The notes: generated from the sequence alone by a model not told the origin. Positions 9,814 to 19,713 are shown, counted from the first letter of the stretch. The stretch: 64,000 bases of DNA from Candidatus Eremiobacteria bacterium (GCA_963737065.1 CAVTRC010000001.1:640001-704000), one strand, 5' to 3'. Translations and numbers: made by a program.

Positions 9814-10326
9814 ATGAATCCGCGCCTGTATCGCTGCGCGCTCGGCACGCCGTTCGGCGAAATGCAGATCGGGGTCGATTCGTACGGCGTCTTGATCGAA
9901 GTGTCACTACCGAACCGCGGACCGTTCTGCGATTCCCGTGTTGAAATGCCTTCGGCCGCTGAGGCAGGTATGGAGCGCGCGCGTTCGCAGTTGCTGGAAT
10001 ACTTCGGCGGCACGCGACGCACGTTCGATCTTTCGCTCGATGCGCGCGGCACGGAATTCGAGCGCTCGATATGGAAGCGGCTGGGCGCGATTCCCTACGG
10101 AGAAACGACGTCATACGGAGCGATCGCAAGCGAATTGCGATCGATCAACGGCGCGCGTGCCGTTGGTCGCGCCAACGGCGCGAATCCGATTCCAATCGTC
10201 ATTCCGTGTCATCGCGTCATCGGCAGCAACGGCGAACTGACCGGCTTCGGCGGCGGTCTTTCGCTCAAACGCGCCCTGCTCGAATTCGAGGGCGCGATCG
10301 CGCCTCAACCCCTGCGCTTGTTGTAG
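9814..10326 (+). CDS. ogt: Methylated-DNA--protein-cysteine methyltransferase
   Basis: IPYGETTSYG, ARAVGRANGANP, IPCHRVI active site. Confidence 0.95.
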   Translation: MNPRLYRCALGTPFGEMQIGVDSYGVLIEVSLPNRGPFCDSRVEMPSAAEAGMERARSQLLEYFGGTRRTFDLSLDARGTEFERSIWKRLGAIPYGETTSYGAIASELRSINGARAVGRANGANPIPIVIPCHRVIGSNGELTGFGGGLSLKRALLEFEGAIAPQPLRLL

Positions 10327-10338
10327 CGGCCGTTTAAG

Positions 10339-12825
10339 CTAATCGGTTCGCAGAAACGAAAGTTGCACTTCCGTCGGCGTCGCACGCGCGATGCGGCGAC
10401 GCAACGGAACTTGCTGTTCGACATCCGCTTTGCCGCCGAGCGCGTCGGCAATTTCTCGTGCGCGCTCGATGACGGGCATCGGCAAACCGGCCATCTTCGC
10501 AACCTCGATGCCGAACGAACGCGACGAGCTTCCCGCCTGCACGCGATGCGAAAACACCGGAGCCCCGCCGCGCGCGGTATTCTCGACGGCGGTAATGTGA
10601 TAGTTCGCGACGAGCGCCCAATGCTCGGCGAGCGCGCAGAGCTCGTGAAAATGCGTCGCAAAAAGCACCATGGGCGATTGGGCTTCGAGACCGAGCAAGA
10701 ATTCGCAGATCGCCTGAGCGATCGAAAGGCCATCGATCGTTCCGGTGCCGCGTCCCACTTCGTCGATCAGCAACAGCGAGCGGCGCGTGCAGCGCCGCAG
10801 AATGTTGGCAGCTTCCGCCATCTCCATATAAAACGTTGATTGGCCCGACGCGAGATCGTCGCCGGCGCCGATGCGCGTGAAGATCCGGTCGACGACGCCC
10901 AGCCGCATCGCGCGCGCAGGGACGTACGACCCCAGTTGCGCCATGATCACGAGCAAACCAATTTGTCGCAGATACGTCGATTTGCCGCCCATGTTGGGGC
11001 CGGTAAGGAGAATGAACCGATGCCCACCGGCTTCCAGATGCGCGTCGTTCGGAACGAAGTTCGTGCGCAGGACCGCTTCCATTACCGGGTGCCGCCCATC
11101 GTCGACGCTGAGGATGCTTTCCTCGACGAACTCCGGTCGCACGTAGCCCCGTTGCGCGGCGCACTGCGCGAGCGCGCAGAGGACATCGATCTCGGCGATT
11201 GCGTCCGCCGCCGCGAGCAACGCTTCCGCTTGCGTCGCGACGCGCTCCAGAAGTTCTTCATACAGCCGCGCTTCGAGCTGTTCTTGACGCGATTGCGCGC
11301 CGGAAATCGCCAGCTCCAGTTCCTTGAGCTCCGGCGTGATGAATCGCTCGCCGGTCGTCAGCGTTTGCTTGCGAACGTAATCCGCCGGAACCGAAGCGGT
11401 GTGGCCCTTCGAGACCTCAATTGCATAGCCGAATGCGCTTGCGTATTTGATCCTCAGCGACTTGATTCCGGTACGCTCGCGCTCGCGCTCTTCCAGTTGC
11501 GAGAGCTTCGAGCGCGCCTCGGTACGCAAGGCGACGCATTCCGCGAGTTCCGCATGTGCGTCCGGACGAATGACGCCGCCATCGCCGACCGCAGCCGGAG
11601 GTTCATCGACGACCGTGCGCTGCAAGTCATCGAGCAAGATATCGAAGTTGTCGATCCGCTCGACCAGCACGGCAAGTCGCGGCGGTACGACCTGACGTAG
11701 CGGACGAATGACGTCCAGGGTGCGCCGCAGCGACACCAGATCGCGCGGCAACGCGCGGCGGAATCGCGCTTTCTGCGCGATGCGTTCCAAATCGAAACAT
11801 CCTTTGAGAATTTCACGAATCGCTTCGCGCCGCGCGTGTTCGCCGAGCAACGTTGCTACGGCGTCTTGCCGTGCCGCAATTTCGCGCGAATCGACGAGCG
11901 GCGCTAGGATCCACCGTGCAAGCATGCGCGAGCCCATCGTCGTCGCACATTCGTCGAGGGTAGCGAGTAGCGTCGCTCGCGGGTTCTGCCCTTGCGCACG
12001 CGTCAGTTCCAGGTTTTTGCGCGTCGAGGGATCGAGCGCGAGGAATTCCGCGCGACGATAGAACGTGGGCGAGTGGAGACCGTCGCTGCCATTCGTAATG
12101 CCGGTGCGCTTGACGAAGGCCGTCAACGCATCGAGCGCGCGATGAATCGCGAAAGATTCGTCGAGCGAAAATCCGTCGATTCCGGCGCGCGGCCGCGCTT
12201 CGACCAACCCGAGCGACGGCGCGGCGAGCCGCGCACCAACGGGCTCGAGCGCCGCCGAGAGCGTTGCACGAATGTCGGCCGGGACATCGCCCACGATCTC
12301 GGATGGGCCGATACGCGCGAGCTCGGCGAGCATTTCGTCGTACGCCGCTTCACCCGAAATTGCCGTCGCGGCGGAGTACCCGGTCGACACATCGGCATAT
12401 GCGAGCGCAAACGAATCATTGAGCAGCGACAACGCCGCCAAGTAATTGTTCTGCTTGCCGTCGAGTAGTTGCTCTTCAACGAGCGTACCGGGCGTAACGA
12501 TGCGCACGACATCGCGGCGCACGAGTTTGTTCGGCACGGGAACTTCAAGTTGCTCCGCGAGCGCGATAATGAAACGCTGCTGCACGAGTTTATGCAAATA
12601 CCCGGAGAGCGCGTGGTGTGGGACGCCCGCCATGGCGACGCGCCGGCCCGCGCCGGCTTCTTTACTGGTCAGCGCAATCTGCAACGCGCGCGCGATCGTT
12701 TCCGCATCCTCTCCGTACGCTTCATAAAAATCGCCGACGCGGCTAAGCAAAATTGCATCGGGATGTTTCGACTTCATCCCAAAGTACTGCTCCAGCATCG
12801 GCGAGTACTTGACCGCTTCGCTCAT
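10339..12825 (-). CDS. mutS: DNA mismatch repair protein MutS
   Basis: SPMLEQY, GDFYE, MAGVPHH, TGPNMGGKSTYLRQ, DEVGRGT, FATHFHEL. Confidence 0.98.
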   Translation of the reverse strand: MSEAVKYSPMLEQYFGMKSKHPDAILLSRVGDFYEAYGEDAETIARALQIALTSKEAGAGRRVAMAGVPHHALSGYLHKLVQQRFIIALAEQLEVPVPNKLVRRDVVRIVTPGTLVEEQLLDGKQNNYLAALSLLNDSFALAYADVSTGYSAATAISGEAAYDEMLAELARIGPSEIVGDVPADIRATLSAALEPVGARLAAPSLGLVEARPRAGIDGFSLDESFAIHRALDALTAFVKRTGITNGSDGLHSPTFYRRAEFLALDPSTRKNLELTRAQGQNPRATLLATLDECATTMGSRMLARWILAPLVDSREIAARQDAVATLLGEHARREAIREILKGCFDLERIAQKARFRRALPRDLVSLRRTLDVIRPLRQVVPPRLAVLVERIDNFDILLDDLQRTVVDEPPAAVGDGGVIRPDAHAELAECVALRTEARSKLSQLEERERERTGIKSLRIKYASAFGYAIEVSKGHTASVPADYVRKQTLTTGERFITPELKELELAISGAQSRQEQLEARLYEELLERVATQAEALLAAADAIAEIDVLCALAQCAAQRGYVRPEFVEESILSVDDGRHPVMEAVLRTNFVPNDAHLEAGGHRFILLTGPNMGGKSTYLRQIGLLVIMAQLGSYVPARAMRLGVVDRIFTRIGAGDDLASGQSTFYMEMAEAANILRRCTRRSLLLIDEVGRGTGTIDGLSIAQAICEFLLGLEAQSPMVLFATHFHELCALAEHWALVANYHITAVENTARGGAPVFSHRVQAGSSSRSFGIEVAKMAGLPMPVIERAREIADALGGKADVEQQVPLRRRIARATPTEVQLSFLRTD

Positions 12826-12944
12826 CGTGAAGCGTGTCTAGTTAGGTGCCTCTTGGCACGGCCCCTAGCCGTCCGATATGTTTCCTGTGGACAAGCGTAC
12901 AACGCATCGTTTCAACACGCTGACGCGCGCGGCGAGATCAGCAG

Positions 12945-14342
12945 CTAGAGCAAACTAACGACAGGCTGCGCTATGCGCACGCCGGCGTCGTCGAAGCGCT
13001 GGGACCGTCGAACAACGGTTCCGGTGCATCCCCAGACGTGCGCAGTTGCCACATCGACATCGAGCCACGGCTCTCGCGCGTAGAGCGCTGGATCATAGTC
13101 GTCCGGCATCGGCGCAATCACCGTGACGTTATCGAGTGTCTTTGCCGCGAGCTTCGTCTCGTCTTTCTTTGAAGGACCAACGATGAGCGCGCGAACGGTC
13201 GTTCCGACCTTGCGATCGTGATAAGCGCGCGTCGACGCATTCTGCGCGTCGAGCAATCGTTTGAAACGCTCCGCCGCGACGTCGCCAGGCACTTGCGACC
13301 AACGCGCGGCCGGTGTTCCGCGGCGGATCGAGTAGATGAACGTAAACGCGTTACTGAAGACATTCGTCTTTACGTAGTCGAGCGTTGCTTGGAAATCCGT
13401 CTCCGTCTCGCCCGGGAAGCCGACGATGATGTCCGTCGTGATTGCCCAGTCGGGCAGATAGCGATGGATCGATTCTACTTTGTCGCGAAACTGCGCCATC
13501 GTATATTTGCGGTTCATCCGGCGTAGTATAGCGTCGCTTCCCGACTGCAAGGGCAAATGGACCCGCGGATTGAGTTGGCGAACCGCGGCGAGATCGGCAA
13601 CGATTTTTTCGGTAAAATCCTTGGGATGCGGTGAGATGAACGTCAGCCGTTCCAATCCGCGCACGGCGCCGACCGCTTTGCACAGATCGCCAAAGTCCTC
13701 ACGGGTTGCCGGATCTTTCCACGCGTTGACCGTTTGTCCGACAAGCATCACTTCGCGCGCGCCCGACGCAATCAGACCCTCGACTTCCGCGACGATCTCG
13801 CGCAGCGGCCGGTGATCGAAGCGTCCGCGAACGTGCGGCACGATGCAGAACGTACAATAGTACGAACAACCGCGCTGCACCGTCACGAAGCCGCGCAGAT
13901 GTGAAAACGCATCGGTCACCGCGTCGGCGGAACCGCCGAGCGGCATCAACAACGCGCGCTCGCCGGTGAAATCGATTTCGTCAAATGATGCGTGCCAGGA
14001 CTGCAGTTGGTCGCCCAACTGCACCAATTCTTTCGTGCCGAACACCGCATCGACGTGCGGCGCGAGTGTTTGCATGCGGTCGCGATCTTGTTCCGCCAAG
14101 CAGCCCGTCACGACGAGACGGACATCGGGATCAGCGTCCTTGAGCACCTTGAAGTGGTTCATACGCCCGTACGCACGCCGCTCCGCGTTGTCACGCACCG
14201 TGCACGTGTTGAGCACGACGACATTCGCTTTTTCGGGGTTCGATGCGATCTCGTAGCCGGCGGAAGCGGCACGATCCGCGATGTATTGCGAATCGGCTTC
14301 GTTCATCTGGCAGCCGAACGTCTCGATGTAAATTGTTGCCAT
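12945..14342 (-). CDS. miaB: tRNA-2-methylthio-N6-dimethylallyladenosine synthase MiaB
   Basis: ETFGCQMNEADS, NTCTVR, GCLA, GCSYYCTFCIVP, HLPLQSGSD, DIIVGFPGET. Confidence 0.95.
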   Translation of the reverse strand: MATIYIETFGCQMNEADSQYIADRAASAGYEIASNPEKANVVVLNTCTVRDNAERRAYGRMNHFKVLKDADPDVRLVVTGCLAEQDRDRMQTLAPHVDAVFGTKELVQLGDQLQSWHASFDEIDFTGERALLMPLGGSADAVTDAFSHLRGFVTVQRGCSYYCTFCIVPHVRGRFDHRPLREIVAEVEGLIASGAREVMLVGQTVNAWKDPATREDFGDLCKAVGAVRGLERLTFISPHPKDFTEKIVADLAAVRQLNPRVHLPLQSGSDAILRRMNRKYTMAQFRDKVESIHRYLPDWAITTDIIVGFPGETETDFQATLDYVKTNVFSNAFTFIYSIRRGTPAARWSQVPGDVAAERFKRLLDAQNASTRAYHDRKVGTTVRALIVGPSKKDETKLAAKTLDNVTVIAPMPDDYDPALYAREPWLDVDVATAHVWGCTGTVVRRSQRFDDAGVRIAQPVVSLL

Positions 14343-14378
14343 AGCTGGGTCGAGGGGGCGCTGTTCGCTCCCTTCCGA

Positions 14379-15779
14379 ATGGAACCCCCCGTGCAAACCA
14401 TTGAGCCCGCCGGCGGCAGCATGCTGCGGCCGGCGACCGTCGCGATCGTCGGACGGCCAAACGTCGGGAAGAGCGCGCTCTTCAACCGCTTGATCGGCCA
14501 GCGTCTCGCGATCGTCGAAGACACGCCGGGCGTGACGCGCGACCGGTTGTACGCGATCTGCGAGTGGCGAGGCCGGACGTTTAGCGTCGTCGACACGGCC
14601 GGCATAGATCCGGATGCGGATATGGCGCACGGCGACGCGTTTGCCGAAGCCACGCGCCGTCAAGCCGAAGCCGCTGCGCACGAAGCCGATGCAATCGTCT
14701 TCGTCGTGGATGCGCAATCCGGACTCCATCCGCTCGACGAAGACGTCGCAAAGATTTTGCGCTCGCTGCGCCGGCGTGTCGTACTCGTTGCGAATAAAAC
14801 GGAGTCACCGAGCGCGCTCGCGTCGGTGCATGCCGAGTTTTCGCGCCTCGGCTTTGGTGAACCGGTCTCGGTTTCGGCGATTCACGGCGAAGGCACCGGC
14901 GATCTGCTGGATCGCATCGTCGAACTTCTTCCGTCGCAAGCGCCGAACGCAATGGCCGAAGATGAACTCGCGCTCGCCATCATCGGGCGTCCGAACGTCG
15001 GAAAGAGTTCGCTCCTCAATTCCTTGATCGGTGAAGAACGAGCGATCGTCTCCGACGTGCCGGGCACGACGCGCGATGCGATCGATTCGGTCTTTCCGTG
15101 GCACGACCGGAACATTCGACTCATCGACACTGCCGGCGCTCGCAAGAAACCCGAAGCGCATGGCGCGATCGAATACTACGCGGCGCTGCGTTCCCTCAAC
15201 GCAATCTCCCGCTGTGACATTGCAATTCTCGTCTTCGATTCGATGGCCGGCGTGACGGCGCAAGACCGCCGCCTCGCCGGACTCGCAATCGAAGAGCGCA
15301 AAGGCCTGATCATCGTCGGCAACAAGTGGGATCTCGCGCGCGAGCAACAAGGCGAGTTCAGTCAGGGTGAACTCGCAAACGTCATTCACGATCTCATTCC
15401 GTTCGCAAAATTCGCGCCCATCACGTTTTTGTCGGCCAAGACGAAACGCCGGTTGGGAAGCCTCATGCCGCTCGTCAATCGAGTCGCAGAGAATTTGAAT
15501 CGCCGCATTGCCACCGCGCCCCTCAACGCATTGATCCGCGACGCCGTGCTGGCCCATCCTGCACCGGCAAGCGGCGGCAAACTGTTCAAGGTCTACTACG
15601 CGACGCAACCCGCCGTCCATCCGCCGGTCTTTGTCTTCTCATGTAACGATCCGGATCTGGTCCAAGCATCATACAAACGATTTCTGGAAAACACGATCCG
15701 CCAGCACTTCGATTTCGAAGGCGTGCCGCTAACGCTTGAATTCCGTCCGCACCGCGAGCATGAGGCGTTCCACGCGTGA
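14379..15779 (+). CDS. der: Ribosome biogenesis GTPase Der (EngA); start may be 14421
   Basis: Two GRPNVGKS P-loops, GVTRD/GTTRD, DTAG twice, NK motifs, C-terminal KH-like domain. Confidence 0.97.
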   Translation: MEPPVQTIEPAGGSMLRPATVAIVGRPNVGKSALFNRLIGQRLAIVEDTPGVTRDRLYAICEWRGRTFSVVDTAGIDPDADMAHGDAFAEATRRQAEAAAHEADAIVFVVDAQSGLHPLDEDVAKILRSLRRRVVLVANKTESPSALASVHAEFSRLGFGEPVSVSAIHGEGTGDLLDRIVELLPSQAPNAMAEDELALAIIGRPNVGKSSLLNSLIGEERAIVSDVPGTTRDAIDSVFPWHDRNIRLIDTAGARKKPEAHGAIEYYAALRSLNAISRCDIAILVFDSMAGVTAQDRRLAGLAIEERKGLIIVGNKWDLAREQQGEFSQGELANVIHDLIPFAKFAPITFLSAKTKRRLGSLMPLVNRVAENLNRRIATAPLNALIRDAVLAHPAPASGGKLFKVYYATQPAVHPPVFVFSCNDPDLVQASYKRFLENTIRQHFDFEGVPLTLEFRPHREHEAFHA

Positions 15780-16456
15780 GCGGTGAAACGTTCGTGGTCT
15801 TTCACGATCACGTCGGACTGACGTACGTTCTGACCGCCGTCGTCTCGTTTCTCATTGGGTCGATTCCGTTCGGGTACTTGATCGGGCGATTCTTTTATCG
15901 CACCGACCTGCGTCAGTCGGGCTCGGGAAATATCGGCGCAATGAACGCGTTACGAACGCTCGGCAAAGGCGGCGCGCTTTCCGTGCTCATCCTCGACGCA
16001 CTGAAGGGCGCGATACCGGTGCTGATCGCGCTGCATCCCGACGCGATTGATTTCCGCTCGACACACCTCCTCTGGTCGCATACCGATGTCTACGCGGCGC
16101 TCGCTGCAACCTTCGCAGTGCTCGGACATTGCTTCTCGCCTTGGCTGGGATGGAAAGGCGGGAAAGGCGTCGCGACGTCGTTCGGAGCGATCTTCGCGCT
16201 TAGCTGGGCCGCCGGACTCTTCGCCGTTCTCGGCTGGGTTGTCGGCGCGTTGCTGGTGACGCGCTATTCGTCTGTCGGTTCGATGCTTGCAAACATCATC
16301 GCGCCGTTTGCGCTGTTCTATTTTACGCGCTCATCGGCCGAGGCGGCGTACGGTGTGTTCGTTGCGTTCTTCGTCATGTGGACGCATCGTGAAAACATCA
16401 TACGTCTTCGAACCGGTACGGAGAACAGGATTTCGCTTTCCCGGAAGGCGTCGTAG
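15776..16456 (+). CDS. plsY: Glycerol-3-phosphate acyltransferase PlsY
   Basis: GSIPFG, GSGNIGAMN..R, DALKG, GH, GGKGVAT, HRENI.RL..GTE. Confidence 0.96.
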   Translation: MSGETFVVFHDHVGLTYVLTAVVSFLIGSIPFGYLIGRFFYRTDLRQSGSGNIGAMNALRTLGKGGALSVLILDALKGAIPVLIALHPDAIDFRSTHLLWSHTDVYAALAATFAVLGHCFSPWLGWKGGKGVATSFGAIFALSWAAGLFAVLGWVVGALLVTRYSSVGSMLANIIAPFALFYFTRSSAEAAYGVFVAFFVMWTHRENIIRLRTGTENRISLSRKAS

Positions 16457-16482
16457 GAGCGAAACCCGTATTGTGGCGGGTC

Positions 16483-17046
16483 ATGATTTCGTCGAACGAC
16501 CTCCGCAACGGCGTCACGATCGTCGTTGACGGCAACCTCTGGACCGTCATCGAATTTTTGCACGTCAAACCAGGCAAGGGTGCGGCCTTCGTCCGCACGC
16601 GTTTGAAGAACGTCAAAACAGGGACAACGCTCGAACGGACGTTTCGCGCGGGCGAAAAACTCGAGCGCGCAACGGTGGACAATCGCCGAATGCAGATGCT
16701 CTATAATGACGCCGAAGGTTTCCACTTCATGGATCAGGAGTCGTTCGAGAATTTCACCATCCAGCGCGAACTCATCGGCGACCCCGCCGATTTTCTCAAA
16801 GACGGCATGGTCGTCGACGTGCAGTTACACGAAGGGCTTCCGATCGGCGTCGATCTTCCGCCGCACGTCGAACTGCGCGTGACGCAAACCGACCCCGGGT
16901 TCAAAGGCGACACCGCCACGAACACCGGCAAGCCCGCGAAGCTTGAGACCGGTGCGACCGTCAACGTACCGCTTTTTGTCAATCCGGACGACCTCATCCG
17001 GATAGACACGCGCGACCGGCGCTACATCGGTCGCGTCAACGCGTAG
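16483..17046 (+). CDS. efp: Elongation factor P
   Basis: HVKPGKGAAFVR, KGDTA, LETGA.V.VPLF, IDTR. Confidence 0.97.
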   Translation: MISSNDLRNGVTIVVDGNLWTVIEFLHVKPGKGAAFVRTRLKNVKTGTTLERTFRAGEKLERATVDNRRMQMLYNDAEGFHFMDQESFENFTIQRELIGDPADFLKDGMVVDVQLHEGLPIGVDLPPHVELRVTQTDPGFKGDTATNTGKPAKLETGATVNVPLFVNPDDLIRIDTRDRRYIGRVNA

Positions 17047-17084
17047 TCGATGTAGTCGCGCGCAATACGCATAGTTTAACCGGC

Positions 17085-17858
17085 ATGCTCCTCACGATCG
17101 AACTCTTTGGCGCAGCGTTTTTCGCGAGCGTCTTCGGATCGATGGTGGGCTTAGGCGGCGGTTTCATTCTCGTACCGATTATGCGCCTCGTCTTCGGCCT
17201 CGCTCCGGCGGAAGCGGCGGGAACCTCGCTCGTTCTCGTTACGGCGAATAGCGCGTCGGGCGCATTCACCTATCTCTTGCAAAAGCGCGTAGACGTCAAG
17301 CTCGGGTTGACGTTCGCCGCGGGCGGGTTGCCGGGCTCGATCGCCGGCGCAATCATCACCAAACACATCGCGCCGCGCGACTTCGACTGGGCGTTCGGGA
17401 TTTTTCTCATCCTGGTCGCCGTCGACATGATCTTCAATGCGGCAAAGCGCGTCGGGGCACGCGTCGAAACGAACGTCGGTTTACGGAAAGCGATGTCGTT
17501 CCGCGCAGCCCTCACGATAGGCTTCGTCGTCGGCTTGGTGTCGAGTCTCTTCGGCATCGGCGGGGGCGTGATCGTCGTACCGTCGCTGCTGTATTTCTCG
17601 AGTTTGCCGGCGCACGCGATCAGCGCAACGTCGCACTTCGTGATCGTGCTAACGTCGCCGGTGGGCCTGATCGCACACGGCTTTCAGCACGACATTAACG
17701 TCGCCTATGTCATCCCGCTTGTCGCCGGCGGCCTCTGCGGCGGACCGATCGGCGCGCGCCTCTCCGTGCGTTTGAAATCTCCGCAGTTACTGATAATCGT
17801 CGGCGTTGCGCTCGTCTGCGTGGCGCTTTCGCTCGGTCTACGGCATGTAATTCACTAA
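17085..17858 (+). CDS. TauE/SafE sulfite exporter family protein
   Basis: Duplicated GLGGGFILVP / GIGGGVIVVP and AAGTS / ISATS motifs; about 8 TM segments. Confidence 0.9.
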   Translation: MLLTIELFGAAFFASVFGSMVGLGGGFILVPIMRLVFGLAPAEAAGTSLVLVTANSASGAFTYLLQKRVDVKLGLTFAAGGLPGSIAGAIITKHIAPRDFDWAFGIFLILVAVDMIFNAAKRVGARVETNVGLRKAMSFRAALTIGFVVGLVSSLFGIGGGVIVVPSLLYFSSLPAHAISATSHFVIVLTSPVGLIAHGFQHDINVAYVIPLVAGGLCGGPIGARLSVRLKSPQLLIIVGVALVCVALSLGLRHVIH

Positions 17859-17904
17859 GACGTCCGCGCGCCACGGGGATGAATCCGATCTCGTCGTGCG
17901 TCCG

Positions 17905-18594
17905 TCAGCGGCAACGATTGACGAGCGGTTGAACGAGCGCGCGCACTTCCGACTCTTCGACGCCGATTCTATACTGTGTGAGCGCGACGTCGACGGCAAT
18001 GTTTCCGTACGCGTCCGCCGAGATCAAATTACCATACGAGAAGTCTTTCGGAGCGCGGAGCCGCGTTTCACTTGCTTGTGTCGTTTGAACGGTGCGGTCT
18101 TGTTGCGCGTCGGGACGGACCATCGCTGCCATGGGATTCTTGAAGTTTTCAATGTCCGCAAGCTCCTGTGTGTCGGCCGTCCCCGAAAACTCGTTCAGTG
18201 AGTCCGCCTGAAGGTCCGCAACCACCGATAGCCGCGCACCGAGCGAAGCAACTTCGTGCGCTTCTTGAGGATCCTTGAGCGCGACGGTTGCGAGTTTTTC
18301 GAGCAGCGCATGGATCTTGATGTTGTTTGCGGCTACGTCGTCGACGACGTCCAAAAGGTGCACGTTATCCGCTTCAACCCATCCGTCGCTCTGCGCGACG
18401 TCCATTTTGGCCATGTCTTGTAAGAGCTCGCGCCCTCGGTCGATCATGCCGTCCTGAATAAAAAGGCCTTGGATCGACGGCGCGACGATCGTGCGCACGG
18501 CATTGCACAGTACCGACGTTTTCGTCGTCACGATGATCGGCAGCGGAGTCGCCGGCGCGGCGGGAACGACTACGGCAAGTAGTAACGCGAGCAT
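17905..18594 (-). CDS. Secreted, mostly helical hypothetical protein
   Basis: GAGGGA RBS, ATG 18594, short hydrophobic signal, PAAPATP linker, one Cys near each end. Confidence 0.7.
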   Translation of the reverse strand: MLALLLAVVVPAAPATPLPIIVTTKTSVLCNAVRTIVAPSIQGLFIQDGMIDRGRELLQDMAKMDVAQSDGWVEADNVHLLDVVDDVAANNIKIHALLEKLATVALKDPQEAHEVASLGARLSVVADLQADSLNEFSGTADTQELADIENFKNPMAAMVRPDAQQDRTVQTTQASETRLRAPKDFSYGNLISADAYGNIAVDVALTQYRIGVEESEVRALVQPLVNRCR

Positions 18595-18756
18595 CGTACT
18601 TCCCTCATATGATTGCGCTGCTCTGCGCGAACGCTTCGCGATTGCGCTCGGTGACGCGTGATAGGTACCATGCCGGGGTTTTGCTCGTGGCGCGTAACAC
18701 GTCAACGGCTCCCGCGAAAGTCACCTGTGTAAAGAGTCCGTAAACTATTAGGACCA

Positions 18757-18830
18757 GAGGCCCAAAGCACCCGCAAGTTCGCGGTGCGGCGACCCGATGC
18801 TCTACGTATTAGGAGTCGGGTTTGGGCTTC
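18757..18830 (+). ncRNA. Candidate structured RNA (three-way junction), probable 5' leader of a small ORF
   Basis: P1 GAGGCCCAAA/TTTGGGCTTC, P2 GCACCCGC/GCGGTGC, P3 CCCGA/TCGGG with an inner stem; TAAACT -10-like box at 18741-18746. Confidence 0.35.
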
Positions 18831-18859
18831 AGCGTAAACCCATATGAGGAGACAACGGA

Positions 18860-19012
18860 ATGCAAGACGCCCCTGACGACATGTGCGTTATCGAAGAATG
18901 GATGCTCGAACTCCTTGAAGACGATCGTCCGATCGAGTATGCCTTCAGGCCGAAACAGGTCAGCGACGGATTACATTGGATGTATCGCGCGTCGCTCATC
19001 CGGCACAACTAA
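18860..19012 (+). CDS. Small 50-aa protein MQDAPDDMCVIEEWMLELLEDDRPIEYAFRPKQVSDGLHWMYRASLIRHN (absent from ORF track)
   Basis: GAGGAG RBS at 18846-18851, 8 nt before ATG 18860; TAA 19010-19012; translated by hand. Confidence 0.55.
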   Translation: MQDAPDDMCVIEEWMLELLEDDRPIEYAFRPKQVSDGLHWMYRASLIRHN

Positions 19013-19230
19013 CGGCGTTATGCGGTGACGGCGTTGGGGTCGCTATCAATTATGTTGAGTGCGACTCTCACGATCGCGTGATTTTATAGGTGGCGTAAAG
19101 GAAGCGATAACTTGCGGTTAGTCGCCGCCTCGCAAGCGACCGCCTGTGATATTGTAAGACCCGTTCAAGCGTTGGCGCTCTGATTGTTTTTAGAGCGCGG
19201 CGCACGTTCTTGCGTTAAAAAGGGGGCGCC

Positions 19231-19713
19231 ATGTATTGGTACTGCCGGGCATTTCTTTTGTCTTTTTTTGCAATCGTCGGCACGACGGCGGCGATGGCGG
19301 CCGCACCGAACGTCACGCTGCGGCTCGACGCCGCACTCGTTCACGTCGTAAACGGCAAGGTGACGACATCGGCTGTCGATCGTCCGCTCAAGGCCGGTGA
19401 CGTGATCGAATATCGCATCGTTGCGCGTAATGCCGGCAATGCCTCGGCGTTGGCGTTTTCGCCCCTAGGGAAAGTTCCCGCGCATACCGAGTTTTTGCAA
19501 AATGAAGGCGCGAGTCGCGCGGCGCGCGCTTCATATACGCTCGATGGAACGCATTGGTCGGAACATCCCATGGTCCGTGCAGTGAAATCGTCGGGACACG
19601 TCGTTATGGAACCGGCGCCGCGCTCGCTCTATCGCGCGGTGCGATGGACGCTCTCGGGCGCGCTCGTGCCGTCGCAAACGGCGACGTTCGCGTATGAAGT
19701 GCGCGTGCAATGA
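19231..19713 (+). CDS. Secreted single DUF11-like Ig domain protein (candidate chaperone or cap of a fibre system)
   Basis: Signal peptide; LKAGDVIEYRIVARNAG, VPAHTEF, SYTLDG, VRWTL...LVPSQTATFAYEVRVQ. Confidence 0.8.
   Translation: MYWYCRAFLLSFFAIVGTTAAMAAAPNVTLRLDAALVHVVNGKVTTSAVDRPLKAGDVIEYRIVARNAGNASALAFSPLGKVPAHTEFLQNEGASRAARASYTLDGTHWSEHPMVRAVKSSGHVVMEPAPRSLYRAVRWTLSGALVPSQTATFAYEVRVQ

Noticed and set aside
12945..15779. ORF track shows miaB and der overlapping head-to-head by over 700 nt
   Set aside because: Conserved N-termini start at 14342 and 14379 or 14421; the extensions are artefacts of high GC
19013..19230. Looked for a c-di-GMP riboswitch directly before the fibre operon
   Set aside because: Only short hairpins (GTCGC/GCGAC, GCGCTCT/AGAGCGC); no class I or II consensus recognised
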